A stretch of 64,000 bases of DNA from a virus (Duplodnaviria; Heunggongvirae; Uroviricota; Caudoviricetes). This document shows positions 20,801 to 31,015 of the stretch, piece after piece. The stretch lies in IMG/VR virus record IMGVR_UViG_3300024272_000027; one strand, given 5' to 3'. The notes beneath the pieces are model-generated. The model ran no database searches. It was not told where the DNA came from and worked only from the letters and a program-made list of their open reading frames with translations. Each line of letters begins with the position of its first letter. Positions within the stretch are counted from its first letter, which is position 1. A program made the translations under genes and the position numbers.

Positions 20801-23800
20801 CTAACTACAATATGTTTTGTGCATATATAACATCTGCTGAATTATCTCATCTTCAGTCAGTGGTCTATTATGTATACATATTGATATACAATTTACAATC
20901 TTGGTCGCATTACTTACATTTGCACAAGGAATTATACCGCCAGTATAAGGAAGTCCGGATAAATCCTGTAGTGTTCGATGCGAAGTTATGTATTGACCGT
21001 TTATAAAAAAGTCAAGTATATTATCGTTAGCTCTTTTTCTCAACGTTATCACACTTTTAATATTACGACATTGATATAAGTATCCGCCGGCACTGTCGTA
21101 TGAATAAGGGTACACAACCTCATCAACGGTGTACGAATGATTACAATTTTGAGTATGTTTATCCATTGCTAAGTAGGTGTAATCACAATCTTCTCGTCCC
21201 ATAACAGCGTCACGCATACGCAGCCATAATTCACCTTTTCTCTCTTGTAATACCCTATTGGTAAGTATTACTTCAAACTTTAAATAAAAATAATCGGTTT
21301 TTAGCATCTCAGCAGTTCCGTTACTACCTGCGCCAGCACCTTTAGGATTCAGTGCAAAAGAGACTGTCCATCCTAAGTCATTATTGCATTTATTAAATTC
21401 ACTTATAGGTGTTTGAGCTGCAGCTGCGGTAATGGATTTGTTATATATTAAACCATCAGTAATGCATTCACCATTCAGCTCTCCAGCGCTCACTTCAAAC
21501 GTAGTTGAAGATATGAAAGAGTCGCTCGTTGTATCATTAGTGAATCCGCTTAATGTGTTCTTATCAGGAATTATATTTAGATTATTGTTATAACAACTAA
21601 GTGTATGTGTACCACTTCTTAAAGGTATGAAATATTGTTGATTGTATACTAGTGGAGTGGCAGTAATGTTGTTACCGATGAAGAATCCATCACTCTCCGC
21701 CTCAGAAGGATGTACACAACAAGTTTTCTCTAACTGGATAACATTTCCCACAGATAAGTTGTTATCAGAGTTAATGTTTAACTTAGTGTTACTTACTGTT
21801 GGATAACTAAGCGTGTTATAATACATACAGTCCACTGTACCATTACCAACAGCTAAGCGAGCCTGACCTTTTAAAGGGTCAATATGGTGCTTATAACTTT
21901 TTTCAAGTATCTTTCGACTTTCGTAAGACGAACTTATTCTCCATTCGCTATCACTATTTAACCTATATAGGTTATGTATCTTACTGTATATGACCCACAG
22001 TATAGCAGTCATTGCAGTATGTAGAGGGGTTGCAAAAGATGTTCCGCTACCGCATACAATACTCTTTAGTGCTGTGTTATAATATCGTACACTTTCTCCA
22101 TAGCAACTATATGTGTAAGAGTGTGGCTGTTTTGACACATCGGCAGTTGAAAACGCACTGAACTGTTTATCTAAACTAATCGAGCTGACAAAACGGCAGT
22201 TTTCGGACATTATATAAGAAGTTGCTGTGTTACTGGGGCTATCCGTGGTGTAAGGAAATCCGTCACCATCATTTCCTTGAGCGTTAAAAGCAAAGATGCG
22301 TTGTAAAGATTGACTATTCAATTCATTCTGAAATTGGTAAGAGGGTGTTTTTACATCTCCTACAAATTGTTGACCTAAAGACCTTGTAAATAAGTTAATA
22401 TCATCCATATTAACGCACGTTATGTTTGATTGTGGATGACAATTATTATTATAGTACACTTGAGAAGCGTTACTTAAGTCGCTTACATATACTCCACAGC
22501 CTCTTGCTACTAGTGCAGTCCAGTCGGCTTGAGTACTTTCGTGCCAAGCTACTGATTGATTCTTTGACGCTGACGCGGTTGACAATAAATAATATCTGGA
22601 TTCTGGACTAATACCGTAAGTAGTATTTGTAATGGAGGTGATGCCACGGTCTCCCATAAAACTATAGCAACTTTCACCGTGGTCGGACGTAAGTAGTTTA
22701 AAAGCCTCTTCAGTACCATCCTCACGTTTTAGAGTGCTTAATTTGCGTTCGTCATCTGGGGTAGGAATAATAATAATATCAGAAAACACTTTATAGCATC
22801 CAGGCTCAAGCCAAGGGCATAGCACATTCTTGATATTCGTATCAATCTCATCTTCTGACGTAAACACAGGCACTGGAGCTACGCCTCCTGTGGTGCTCCA
22901 ACCGTCAGGCTCCCAACCTACCCATCCAAATGCGTGAACTCTATTAAAGTTAACTGATGGATGAATCCAGTTATTACAATCAACTGATGTTATACCAACG
23001 CCTTCGCCTTTTTCTGCTGTTTCCCATACATCAGCGATATGTGCGTTTCTGAAAGGTGTGTCACAGTATTTCCAAGCTTCCTCATTATATTGAATAGCGG
23101 AACCAAACACCCAGTTTTTGAAAATACTTCCTTCTTTGTTTGTATAAGTCCAAGTAGACTTATCTAAACCTTCTAGTTGTCTACGCAACATAATCATACG
23201 GTTGTAATCACTTAACTCAACAAATCTTCCGCCTATGTATTGGTACCAGGGGTGTTCAACACTTGCAATGTCACGATATATTTCGTTCTCGCATTTCTTT
23301 AAAGGGTACTTATACTCTTTATCGTGATAGAAGGTATTGTTAAGGGCTTTACGATATCCACATAAACCGAGGTTTACCCAATCGTATAATATTATTGAAC
23401 CAAATGCTTTATTATTTCGGTCAGGAAGTTGTTTTATTATGTCTCGCATCTTGTCGATGTCAGAACATATCGGATTATTAAACATATGTAGATACTGCAG
23501 ATTTCTACATTCGGCAACATTCAACTCTGAAATATCGTTGTTATATATCAATAACTTGTTTATACCGTTTTGACGATTAAAATGTAACTCTGTTACTCCT
23601 GTATCGTGTAAATCAAGTTCCGTTATATTTTCAGCGTTGTTAATAAAGATAGTGTAAAGAGGCTGAGGAAAATCTTCATTAACAGCCGTAAGAGTATGAT
23701 TATCTACAGTTATTGTTTGAGGTTCATCAGTTAAAGTGTAGCTGTTATATCCTGAATGAGTTCTTACAGTAATAGAGCCTGTGCCGCAAGCTTTAAATGA

Positions 23801-25726
23801 CATAATGCTTTGACTTGTTTTAATATGCACATCAGGTTTGTTTTGTTCATAGTATTTATCAGAACTACAAGGCTCATACAGCTCCTCGCTATCACGAAGC
23901 TCTTGTAACACATTCCAATCAACATTATCAGAAACTAATGCTATACTATCAGCAAGTCCTGTAAAAGTTTCTAAAGTGCTTTCTTTATCTTGTAGCATAG
24001 CATCGCAATTGTCTTTGAAACAGTTTGTTAATCGAGGCGCTATAGAAGCTTTACTGATTATTGTTATTGGATATGTGCCGTTGTTAGTATGTGCTGTATA
24101 GTTTCCTCCTGACTGTGAGATAGCGTTACATAAAGTGAAAACATTCTCAAAAGGTATACGACATACTTGCCCGTCATAATCATCATCTCTATGATGAAAA
24201 TGAGATGTATTATTGATATACACATAACCTTCTTTATCAATTCCGTATATCAACGTTGCGTGACCTTGTGTACTTCCAGCGCCTCCAGGTCCGCATAGCA
24301 TAGCATAACAGCCGTTTTTCAATGCATTTATGAAATATAACAGATAATCTTCCCAGTTAGAGCTGTCTTGAAGATAACTACTTACTACATCAACATTCTC
24401 GAAATCGCTGTCAGCAGGAGGTCTATAATCACCGTGATTAAGTCCTAGTATCTCACACTTAAGACCTATACGATTAGCAACAAATGTTGAGAAATAATTA
24501 GTATTAAATACAACTGTAGGACCGTATGTCTTATGGTCGTAGTATCTAAACTTAGAGTTACTATTTTTGTAACCACTATACCACTTATGTGTTACCTTAC
24601 TTTCGTCTCCATATACGGGGTCAGAGGCAGCCCATTCATTGATAAGACGCGGAATACCCCATTCGTCTCTGCCACCAGTTATACGAACTATATAATCTTG
24701 AATCTGTTTCGGGCACTGTACAATAGATTTTCCAAAAGGTTGTAGTAATCCAATATAAGCCCCCAGTATTGAGTGTAGCGTACAACCTGTGCTAGTATCA
24801 ATAGGAGAAGGGAAATATATCTCCTGATTTGCCAAATCTCCTGCATAATCTTTGTTAAAATAGTTATTAAAACTGAAATCAGATAAATACTTTGAGTATT
24901 TCTTAGTTACTGGGTCATAATCACCCCAGTTAAACCAATCAATGTTACTTATGTCAGCAGACACGTTGTCTGACCACGGCTCATCGTCTTGCGGGTAAGA
25001 ATACAATGCAGGATGTATTATAGCGTTATCAATATTGTTTGCACATAAGTCTAACCAACAATCTACAAACGCTTTATTTGACCATAAACTTGCAACACGG
25101 CTTGCGTTAGTGGTAACTTTTGAGCGCTCGGAGTCGCTTAATCTGTAGGCTGACTGATTTAAAGCATATCGTTCTATTGAGGTTATCGTGCTGTGTTTAA
25201 AATCTTCTAAACGTTCAGTCATAAACAAAGCTGATTCGCCAATTGTTGTACAACTGGGCACGTCAAGTGTAATCAATTCAGCACATCCATACAAGAGTCC
25301 TTTGCTAAGGACTCTGAGTTTATTCATCTGTAGATACTTAAGTTCTGCACAACATTTAAAAACATTGACTCCTACGGTAGTTACATTATTAAAAGTAACT
25401 CTCTGTAAAGATGTATTGTCAAAAGCGTTGTCGTTGATAGTAGTTATACTATCTGTGTTCTGGACATCCACTAGTTGATAAGCTTCAGAGCAAAAATATT
25501 TAGGAATAGTCGTCACAGTGTTCGGTAGTACGATAGACACTATTCTAGTATTCTGTTTAAACATATTTTCAGCTAGAGTGGTTACCTCAGTGTCATTTAC
25601 AGTAGAAGGTATGACGATTGTGGTAGGAAGTTGTTCGTACTTGTCCCCTGTAGGTTTATATTCATCTTTTAAACTAAGGAGTCCAGCAGTTGTTATATTA
25701 AAATATTTACCATATATGTCATTCAT
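20801..25726 (-). CDS. 1641-aa tail-associated multidomain protein: BspA LRR, C39-like peptidase, LRR, S8 subtilase, LamG-like
   Basis: N-terminal BspA repeats; TGCTLHS/GHATLIYGID/INN; SVDC/DHGE/QGNDG/GTSFATP; C-terminal IHNRPLTEDEI. Confidence 0.75.
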   Translation of the reverse strand: MNDIYGKYFNITTAGLLSLKDEYKPTGDKYEQLPTTIVIPSTVNDTEVTTLAENMFKQNTRIVSIVLPNTVTTIPKYFCSEAYQLVDVQNTDSITTINDNAFDNTSLQRVTFNNVTTVGVNVFKCCAELKYLQMNKLRVLSKGLLYGCAELITLDVPSCTTIGESALFMTERLEDFKHSTITSIERYALNQSAYRLSDSERSKVTTNASRVASLWSNKAFVDCWLDLCANNIDNAIIHPALYSYPQDDEPWSDNVSADISNIDWFNWGDYDPVTKKYSKYLSDFSFNNYFNKDYAGDLANQEIYFPSPIDTSTGCTLHSILGAYIGLLQPFGKSIVQCPKQIQDYIVRITGGRDEWGIPRLINEWAASDPVYGDESKVTHKWYSGYKNSNSKFRYYDHKTYGPTVVFNTNYFSTFVANRIGLKCEILGLNHGDYRPPADSDFENVDVVSSYLQDSSNWEDYLLYFINALKNGCYAMLCGPGGAGSTQGHATLIYGIDKEGYVYINNTSHFHHRDDDYDGQVCRIPFENVFTLCNAISQSGGNYTAHTNNGTYPITIISKASIAPRLTNCFKDNCDAMLQDKESTLETFTGLADSIALVSDNVDWNVLQELRDSEELYEPCSSDKYYEQNKPDVHIKTSQSIMSFKACGTGSITVRTHSGYNSYTLTDEPQTITVDNHTLTAVNEDFPQPLYTIFINNAENITELDLHDTGVTELHFNRQNGINKLLIYNNDISELNVAECRNLQYLHMFNNPICSDIDKMRDIIKQLPDRNNKAFGSIILYDWVNLGLCGYRKALNNTFYHDKEYKYPLKKCENEIYRDIASVEHPWYQYIGGRFVELSDYNRMIMLRRQLEGLDKSTWTYTNKEGSIFKNWVFGSAIQYNEEAWKYCDTPFRNAHIADVWETAEKGEGVGITSVDCNNWIHPSVNFNRVHAFGWVGWEPDGWSTTGGVAPVPVFTSEDEIDTNIKNVLCPWLEPGCYKVFSDIIIIPTPDDERKLSTLKREDGTEEAFKLLTSDHGESCYSFMGDRGITSITNTTYGISPESRYYLLSTASASKNQSVAWHESTQADWTALVARGCGVYVSDLSNASQVYYNNNCHPQSNITCVNMDDINLFTRSLGQQFVGDVKTPSYQFQNELNSQSLQRIFAFNAQGNDGDGFPYTTDSPSNTATSYIMSENCRFVSSISLDKQFSAFSTADVSKQPHSYTYSCYGESVRYYNTALKSIVCGSGTSFATPLHTAMTAILWVIYSKIHNLYRLNSDSEWRISSSYESRKILEKSYKHHIDPLKGQARLAVGNGTVDCMYYNTLSYPTVSNTKLNINSDNNLSVGNVIQLEKTCCVHPSEAESDGFFIGNNITATPLVYNQQYFIPLRSGTHTLSCYNNNLNIIPDKNTLSGFTNDTTSDSFISSTTFEVSAGELNGECITDGLIYNKSITAAAAQTPISEFNKCNNDLGWTVSFALNPKGAGAGSNGTAEMLKTDYFYLKFEVILTNRVLQERKGELWLRMRDAVMGREDCDYTYLAMDKHTQNCNHSYTVDEVVYPYSYDSAGGYLYQCRNIKSVITLRKRANDNILDFFINGQYITSHRTLQDLSGLPYTGGIIPCANVSNATKIVNCISICIHNRPLTEDEIIQQMLYMHKTYCS

Positions 25727-26138
25727 TAGTTATAGCCTCCTCTTGAGCTTGTGCAGCGTTTCCGCCATCAATTACCATAAACACGCTTGTTGAAGGTGCC
25801 CCTCCAATAGCTGCCTCAACAGCTTCTACGCGAGTAGATAAAGCCTCGACATTTTTTTGTTGAGCTATCAGTATAAGATAATTATCATACGCAACACCAC
25901 TAATCTCTCGAGTCTCTCTAACAGTCGGACCTATTACATACAACGCACCACGCACAGTAATAACTTGACCCACATAAGCTACAGGGTTAGTGGCTGCATA
26001 TATAACGGCGTTATTGTAATTATCAAATATTGATGTAGGGTCAAGCGGGATGCCGTTCAATCTGTTTAACGCATTAGTCCAGTCCATTATATTGCCTGCG
26101 GCTAATGAAGTTTGAACTTGTTCATAACTTTTTGGCAT
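25719..26138 (-). CDS. tail/fibre-associated protein
   Basis: 139 aa; PLDPTSIF...AATNPVAYVGQVITV motif typical of fibre-associated proteins. Confidence 0.6.
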   Translation of the reverse strand: MPKSYEQVQTSLAAGNIMDWTNALNRLNGIPLDPTSIFDNYNNAVIYAATNPVAYVGQVITVRGALYVIGPTVRETREISGVAYDNYLILIAQQKNVEALSTRVEAVEAAIGGAPSTSVFMVIDGGNAAQAQEEAITNE

Positions 26139-26153
26139 TGTCTATATTCCTCC

Positions 26154-27866
26154 TTATGACCAAGTTAGTTGTAATTTTGTTAATGTTGTAAACGCGCTAT
26201 CGGGATTTACGTACCACACATCGTAAGGTGTTGTATTAGTTGAACCACCGCGAGCATCAGCAACATCAACTGAAATCTTTGAGCAAGCAACAGTTGTTGC
26301 CGGCTCTTTGGTTGTATTCTTTATAGTTAAATTTGTTTTTGTACCTTGTTTTGCAGCAAAGAAAATTTGCTTTGTGTTTGCCGGAACTTCATACGTTGTG
26401 GGAAGACCAGAAGCATTTGTGCCCCACTTTTGTAATGAACGTATTTGTGCTGATGTTATATTTTGAGGATTAGGTAATGCATCGGATGTTAACTTGTATC
26501 CCCAGAAGGGTTTACGATAAGCTGTAACAGTTTTTGACAAGTTTAAAGTATTACCGTTAATACGTTTAGCTGGGATTACTCTTCCGATGCTATCAACGGG
26601 CAAAGCGCCTGCGTTGTGAGTCACATTACATCTAACGACTAATTTGTCTTGGTCCAACATAACATACCCTGAGCTATAAGTGAGGGTTTTATCAGAAACA
26701 GTTAGATTTTTATCTGTTCCTGAAGCACAATCAATAACACCAGAACAGCTATAAGTGTAACTACTACTTGTTAACCCAGTGCCTGATTGATACTGGTAGT
26801 ATCCTTTAGCATCAGTAATCGGACTATTACCACTCATAGCTACACATCCGTAAGAATACGAGCCTGGGTTAAAAGATAAGGTGCTAACAGATACTGTTTT
26901 AAAAGTGGTGCCCACCTCAATATTACTCACTGATGTGCCCATAGTTGCTGAAGGGGCAGTAACAACAGGCTCCTCTGAGAAGAAGTTAAGCGAATTATTG
27001 ATTGCTGCTATTTCAACATCAACTATGTCTTTTCGTAAACTTTCATCCGCATTGAGGTAGTCAGCTTCTATGTTTGAAATACCTTCCTGTCGTGCCTTCA
27101 CTTCTGCAATAAGAGCTAACTTAAGTGCATTTGTAGTAGCATCAAAAGTGTCCTTAACAACTACAGACGAACCGTCAGTACCTTGTAAAGGGGCTCCAAA
27201 CTCATCTTTAACATATAGATTACCAATGAAATTTGAATGAGCTGCAGAAAACGTTAAACTTGAAGATGTTAGAGAAGTGCCTAATTCAGCTTTTATATAG
27301 GGAGTATATTCACTACCGTTGTTAAAAAATATACCTGTTTTCTTATATATATTACCGATGTGGATAATCTCCGCTGTAGCGCTATTTACTCTTTGAACAA
27401 TCTCATCAACTACAGAGTGAACCTCTCCAATAGGAGGTCCTATTAAGGAACGTTTTGTGTCACCTACTTTTAACCCGATATTCTTCTGTGATGTGCTTCT
27501 GTTGGTTAAAGATGTTGTATTATTCCATTCAACATTAGGAACCTCTAACCTAATCGGATGCTCTTGTATACCCTTATAATTATATGTGGAGCCCTCCACA
27601 GGCTCAAACAAATCGTTACAAAACTGCGGACTAAGGATAGCCATACCGAGGTGACCGATTTGTTTAAATATTCCTGAGTTTTCGCTTTCATTATTACCTA
27701 CAAACCATTCTTGATGTCGATTAACATCAGCGGTTAACCCACCGCCGTCAGTCGGACCCCATAAACAGTCACCAATTGTAATAAACGCTTTACTAATTGT
27801 GTTCATATTAGCTGCATTTAAACGTGTGACATTATTGACCCACTCTATAGGGCGTTCAATAGGCAT
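26154..27866 (-). CDS. tail/baseplate-associated structural protein
   Basis: Beta-rich T/S/G C-terminus (AYRKPFWGY...); start moved to MPIERP (AAGGAG RBS). Confidence 0.6.
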   Translation of the reverse strand: MPIERPIEWVNNVTRLNAANMNTISKAFITIGDCLWGPTDGGGLTADVNRHQEWFVGNNESENSGIFKQIGHLGMAILSPQFCNDLFEPVEGSTYNYKGIQEHPIRLEVPNVEWNNTTSLTNRSTSQKNIGLKVGDTKRSLIGPPIGEVHSVVDEIVQRVNSATAEIIHIGNIYKKTGIFFNNGSEYTPYIKAELGTSLTSSSLTFSAAHSNFIGNLYVKDEFGAPLQGTDGSSVVVKDTFDATTNALKLALIAEVKARQEGISNIEADYLNADESLRKDIVDVEIAAINNSLNFFSEEPVVTAPSATMGTSVSNIEVGTTFKTVSVSTLSFNPGSYSYGCVAMSGNSPITDAKGYYQYQSGTGLTSSSYTYSCSGVIDCASGTDKNLTVSDKTLTYSSGYVMLDQDKLVVRCNVTHNAGALPVDSIGRVIPAKRINGNTLNLSKTVTAYRKPFWGYKLTSDALPNPQNITSAQIRSLQKWGTNASGLPTTYEVPANTKQIFFAAKQGTKTNLTIKNTTKEPATTVACSKISVDVADARGGSTNTTPYDVWYVNPDSAFTTLTKLQLTWS

Positions 27867-27958
27867 TATGTTATCTCCTTTACTATATATTTTTATAACA
27901 ACCAGCATAACAAAGAAGATAAGCTGGAGTTCATTCATAGATATCAAGTATTCATTAT

Positions 27959-27968
27959 TAAATACAAT
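27959..27968 (-). promoter_or_regulatory. putative late promoter motif ATTGTATTTA
   Basis: Upstream of tail-fibre operon, downstream of terminator at 27998. Confidence 0.55.
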
Positions 27969-27997
27969 AGTTTAAAGATTTGATACAGTAAAATAAA

Positions 27998-28017
27998 AGC
28001 GAGGAATATTCCTCGCT
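27998..28017 (-). terminator. intrinsic terminator
   Basis: agcgaggaat|attcctcgct palindrome followed by T run on minus strand. Confidence 0.75.
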
Positions 28018-28021
28018 ATAC

Positions 28022-28399
28022 TTAATTTGTTATCCAGAATAATGTAGGACTTACTAGTGTTGTAACCGTCTCAGTTCCATCTGTAAGTAGTTCACGTAAC
28101 TTTATAGTATAATAATACTTGCCAACTTTTAAGTATTCAGTATCTATACTATTAAATATCATCAATGTGTTCCCATCACTATCAGTAACACTATCTGAAT
28201 TATATACCTTCCTAATAATAGCGTCCTCGAAAGGCTGGCCTGGCTCCATAACACCGACGTATAATCGTTCGCTAGGTTTTAGAGGCCTATACTTCACATT
28301 AAGCTTTGTTCCTTCGTTTATGTATATAGGTAGTTCAAATGTGTCTCCACGCGACACTGTTATTATGCCATTCTCTTTTTCATAGTCCATCAATATCAC
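28022..28399 (-). CDS. BppU N-terminal-like baseplate/fibre anchor protein
   Basis: ITVSRGDTFELPIYIN...GKYYYTIKL pattern. Confidence 0.55.
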   Translation of the reverse strand: MILMDYEKENGIITVSRGDTFELPIYINEGTKLNVKYRPLKPSERLYVGVMEPGQPFEDAIIRKVYNSDSVTDSDGNTLMIFNSIDTEYLKVGKYYYTIKLRELLTDGTETVTTLVSPTLFWITN

Positions 28400-29014
28400 C
28401 TACAATACTATCAAAGTTGCTTTATCAACAAATGTAACTTCATTCTCGCCTGTAATCTTTGAAGCGCTATAGTATACGCCAGGTTTAAATATCTCGTTAG
28501 TATCTTTATTTAACTCCAGTACGAGGTCAGCAGCATTAGTTGTAGCTAATGAATAAATAGGTTCCCAACGAAAGTTATAAAATAATACCTCAAATGTTTT
28601 ATTAGTCATATCAGGAGTTAGACTAATCTCTTTTGAATCTCCTGCTATATAGAATAATTCGTCATCCTCAACCCACTTATACTGATTATTAACAACTTCA
28701 ACGCAAGTCCACGAAATACATTCAGCTGTATTATATGCTTTCTGGCCTACAATACCTACAGTGTCAACTGTAGGACATTCATCAACATTGTTATAAATGA
28801 TGGCGTCTTCCTTGACAGTAATAGTTCTTTTAACAGTATAGGGTAGCTCAAACTCAGCGCCGTGAGTCCAACTTAATCCAATAGGATTACCTTTAATGTT
28901 GTATGCAATAAATGGCTCTTTATCCACAATAACAACTTCAGGTTTCTGTTGAGGAGTAGTATTATTCGGTATGTAGTTAGGGTCTATATTATCATATTTA
29001 TCAAACATACTCAT
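28400..29014 (-). CDS. hypothetical baseplate/tail-associated protein
   Basis: Beta-rich ORF; start moved to MSMFDK (AAGGAG RBS). Confidence 0.55.
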   Translation of the reverse strand: MSMFDKYDNIDPNYIPNNTTPQQKPEVVIVDKEPFIAYNIKGNPIGLSWTHGAEFELPYTVKRTITVKEDAIIYNNVDECPTVDTVGIVGQKAYNTAECISWTCVEVVNNQYKWVEDDELFYIAGDSKEISLTPDMTNKTFEVLFYNFRWEPIYSLATTNAADLVLELNKDTNEIFKPGVYYSASKITGENEVTFVDKATLIVL

Positions 29015-29041
29015 AACTATTCTCCTTTGATTGTTTAATAT

Positions 29042-29051
29042 AATATACAAT
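29042..29051 (-). promoter_or_regulatory. putative late promoter motif ATTGTATATT
   Basis: Immediately downstream of terminator 29053-29085. Confidence 0.5.
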
Positions 29052-29052
29052 A

Positions 29053-29085
29053 ATAGGCAGCTACTAAAAACAAGCAGCTGCCTAT
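29053..29085 (-). terminator. intrinsic terminator
   Basis: ataggcagct / agctgcctat inverted repeat after gene stop at 29106. Confidence 0.7.
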
Positions 29086-29105
29086 ATGTTTATATTTAAT
29101 GTGTA

Positions 29106-30419
29106 TTAGAATAAATCAGGCATATTGATTACCATTGAATATTTATAGAATCCATTGGAGTTTTTGTTTTCATCACGTTTTGGTTCTTCACAAGTTACGC
29201 CATAGTGGTCTGCAACTTTTTTAGCAAATTCAAACTCTTCAGGAGATTTAGCATAAACTATGATGTCTTTCTCACCGTGTGGGTAAACGTGCTCGTATCT
29301 TTCACCACGTTTAGCTTTGATTTGTTTATCAACCTGTTGACCTTTGCCTTCGTTGTCAACACTTGCACTTAGTTCATCATAAACTGCGTACCAAACATCT
29401 TCTGAACTATAATCCCAAGGGTCTTTTTCTTCGTTTGGTGAACGAACCCTTTTCTTTGTTTCGGGTTCTGCAACTGCTACAGGAGATTCATTTAATGTAT
29501 CATCATCCAGTTGAAAGAAATCAGGGTCTGTGTTACCTGTTTTAGAAGTGCCATTTAAGAATGGAACTGTGTTACCATTAGCCTGAACACTTGCAGTAAC
29601 AGGAATTTCAAAATCAAGGAACTCTTTAATGTCATCAATATTATCATCATCTACCGATTCATTACTAACGTTTCCAGCGGTACCATTCAAGAATCCTACT
29701 GAGGACTTGCTAGCGTCAAGTCCTACATTCAAGTCAAGAACTTCATTTTTTACAGTTCCTCCTGAACCTCCGAGGAACCCTACTGAAGAGCCACTAGCAT
29801 CAAGCGATATATTAGCATCAAAAAGCTCCTCTAAATCGTCGCTTTCAATAGATTCTGTTTTAGATTGTAGTATAGTATTAAGAACATCTGCAGGAATAAG
29901 TTCTAGTTGTTTATCTATGTAATCAATTGCTGCAGGATATCTTTCAGCCCAGTAAGCGTTGAAGTTTTCAACTGACTGTTTATTATCCATAAGCTTAGGC
30001 ACAAGTCTCTTTAGAGTGGTAATTCCGTAGTCTCTGTAATCATCACCCTCACCTAACATCTTAACCAGTTGTGTTATGTCAGATGTCATATCATATACAA
30101 TCGGAACACAAGGGCCTCTACCGAACTCCATAGGGTCACCAAAGTCAACGGCTTCTGCTAATTTCATTTTCTTAAGTTCAGGAGTGCTCTTTAGTTTTTG
30201 TTCTTTATTATGATTAACTTTTAAGAAGTCATCTACTTCTTTTGTCTTTTCTTTAAAATCATTTTCAAGCTTCTTCTCTGTCTCCATATGTTGATTAACT
30301 GCATCAGCATAAGCAATCGGAACTGCAGCTACAACATCTTCAACAGGCTCTTTAGGAAGCATTCTTTGTCCTATGAGCGCTTCGTTCATAGGATTCATCT
30401 TATAAGGTTTAAATTTCAT
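29106..30419 (-). CDS. acidic modular protein with three ~28-aa tandem repeats, candidate internal head protein
   Basis: Leader MKFKPYKMNPMNE (GGAGG RBS); repeats LDASGSSVGFLGG / LDASKSSVGFLNG / VQANGNTVPFLNG. Confidence 0.65.
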   Translation of the reverse strand: MKFKPYKMNPMNEALIGQRMLPKEPVEDVVAAVPIAYADAVNQHMETEKKLENDFKEKTKEVDDFLKVNHNKEQKLKSTPELKKMKLAEAVDFGDPMEFGRGPCVPIVYDMTSDITQLVKMLGEGDDYRDYGITTLKRLVPKLMDNKQSVENFNAYWAERYPAAIDYIDKQLELIPADVLNTILQSKTESIESDDLEELFDANISLDASGSSVGFLGGSGGTVKNEVLDLNVGLDASKSSVGFLNGTAGNVSNESVDDDNIDDIKEFLDFEIPVTASVQANGNTVPFLNGTSKTGNTDPDFFQLDDDTLNESPVAVAEPETKKRVRSPNEEKDPWDYSSEDVWYAVYDELSASVDNEGKGQQVDKQIKAKRGERYEHVYPHGEKDIIVYAKSPEEFEFAKKVADHYGVTCEEPKRDENKNSNGFYKYSMVINMPDLF

Positions 30420-30462
30420 TATGTACGAATCCTCCATCTATATATGTATGTATTAGATACTT

Positions 30463-30494
30463 ATTATATAATATAATGCTTAAAAAGTCAACTG
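30463..30494 (-). promoter_or_regulatory. sigmaA-type promoter CAG-TTGACT-17-TATAAT
   Basis: Exact 17-nt spacer; member of YAGTTG-N20-TATAAT family. Confidence 0.8.
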
Positions 30495-30502
30495 TTATTT
30501 TG

Positions 30503-30877
30503 TTATTTTAAACCAATTTTTATAAGAATAACAGTTACAGCTGCAGTAACTACAAGCTTAATAATAGTATCAAGGACGCCTTCAAATCTTTTTACGGGTT
30601 TCTGCTCCAAGGTATTTATTCTTTCATTTTGTGCTTTTATCTCTTGTAACATACCTTGCATATTCTGAGATAAGGACGCTACATTTAAAGAAATTTTCTG
30701 TATTTCATTTACCATTGTTGCTTGTTTATTTAAACGAGCCTCCATAACAGGTAACTTATCATCTGTAATAGATTTGATTTCATCTTCCATTTTTTGGATT
30801 TTAAGGTCCACTTTATTCCATCTTTTATCACTTTGTAGTTTACATTCTAATACTGCATTTTCTACTGTTTTTTCCAT
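30503..30877 (-). CDS. coiled-coil protein with C-terminal TM (XhlA-like/holin-like)
   Basis: Long coiled coil then IIKLVVTAAVTVILIKIGL. Confidence 0.6.
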   Translation of the reverse strand: MEKTVENAVLECKLQSDKRWNKVDLKIQKMEDEIKSITDDKLPVMEARLNKQATMVNEIQKISLNVASLSQNMQGMLQEIKAQNERINTLEQKPVKRFEGVLDTIIKLVVTAAVTVILIKIGLK

Positions 30878-30965
30878 CTCGGATATCTCCCTTATCAATA
30901 ATTAGTTTTGTCATTAAATGGCAAACAGTAAGTGCAGTTTGCTTTATCTTGAATATATGTAAAGA

Positions 30966-31006
30966 AATGTAACTTCATCATATTGTTAATACAATGAAGT
31001 TACATT
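30966..31006 (-). terminator. 13-bp inverted repeat terminator, loop region overlapping a late-promoter motif (30986-30995)
   Basis: aatgtaacttcat / atgaagttacatt, followed by TTCTTT on minus strand. Confidence 0.7.
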
Positions 31007-31015
31007 AGTTAATTT

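Noticed and set aside
16431-25726. Diversity-generating retroelement acting on BspA LRR genes
   Set aside because: No reverse transcriptase and no TR/VR near-duplicate seen in this window; cannot be excluded elsewhere in the genome.
30910-30950. GCAAAC...GTTTGC hairpin as a c-di-GMP (GEMM) riboswitch
   Set aside because: Only a 6-bp stem matches; the GAAA loop and second hairpin of that family are absent.
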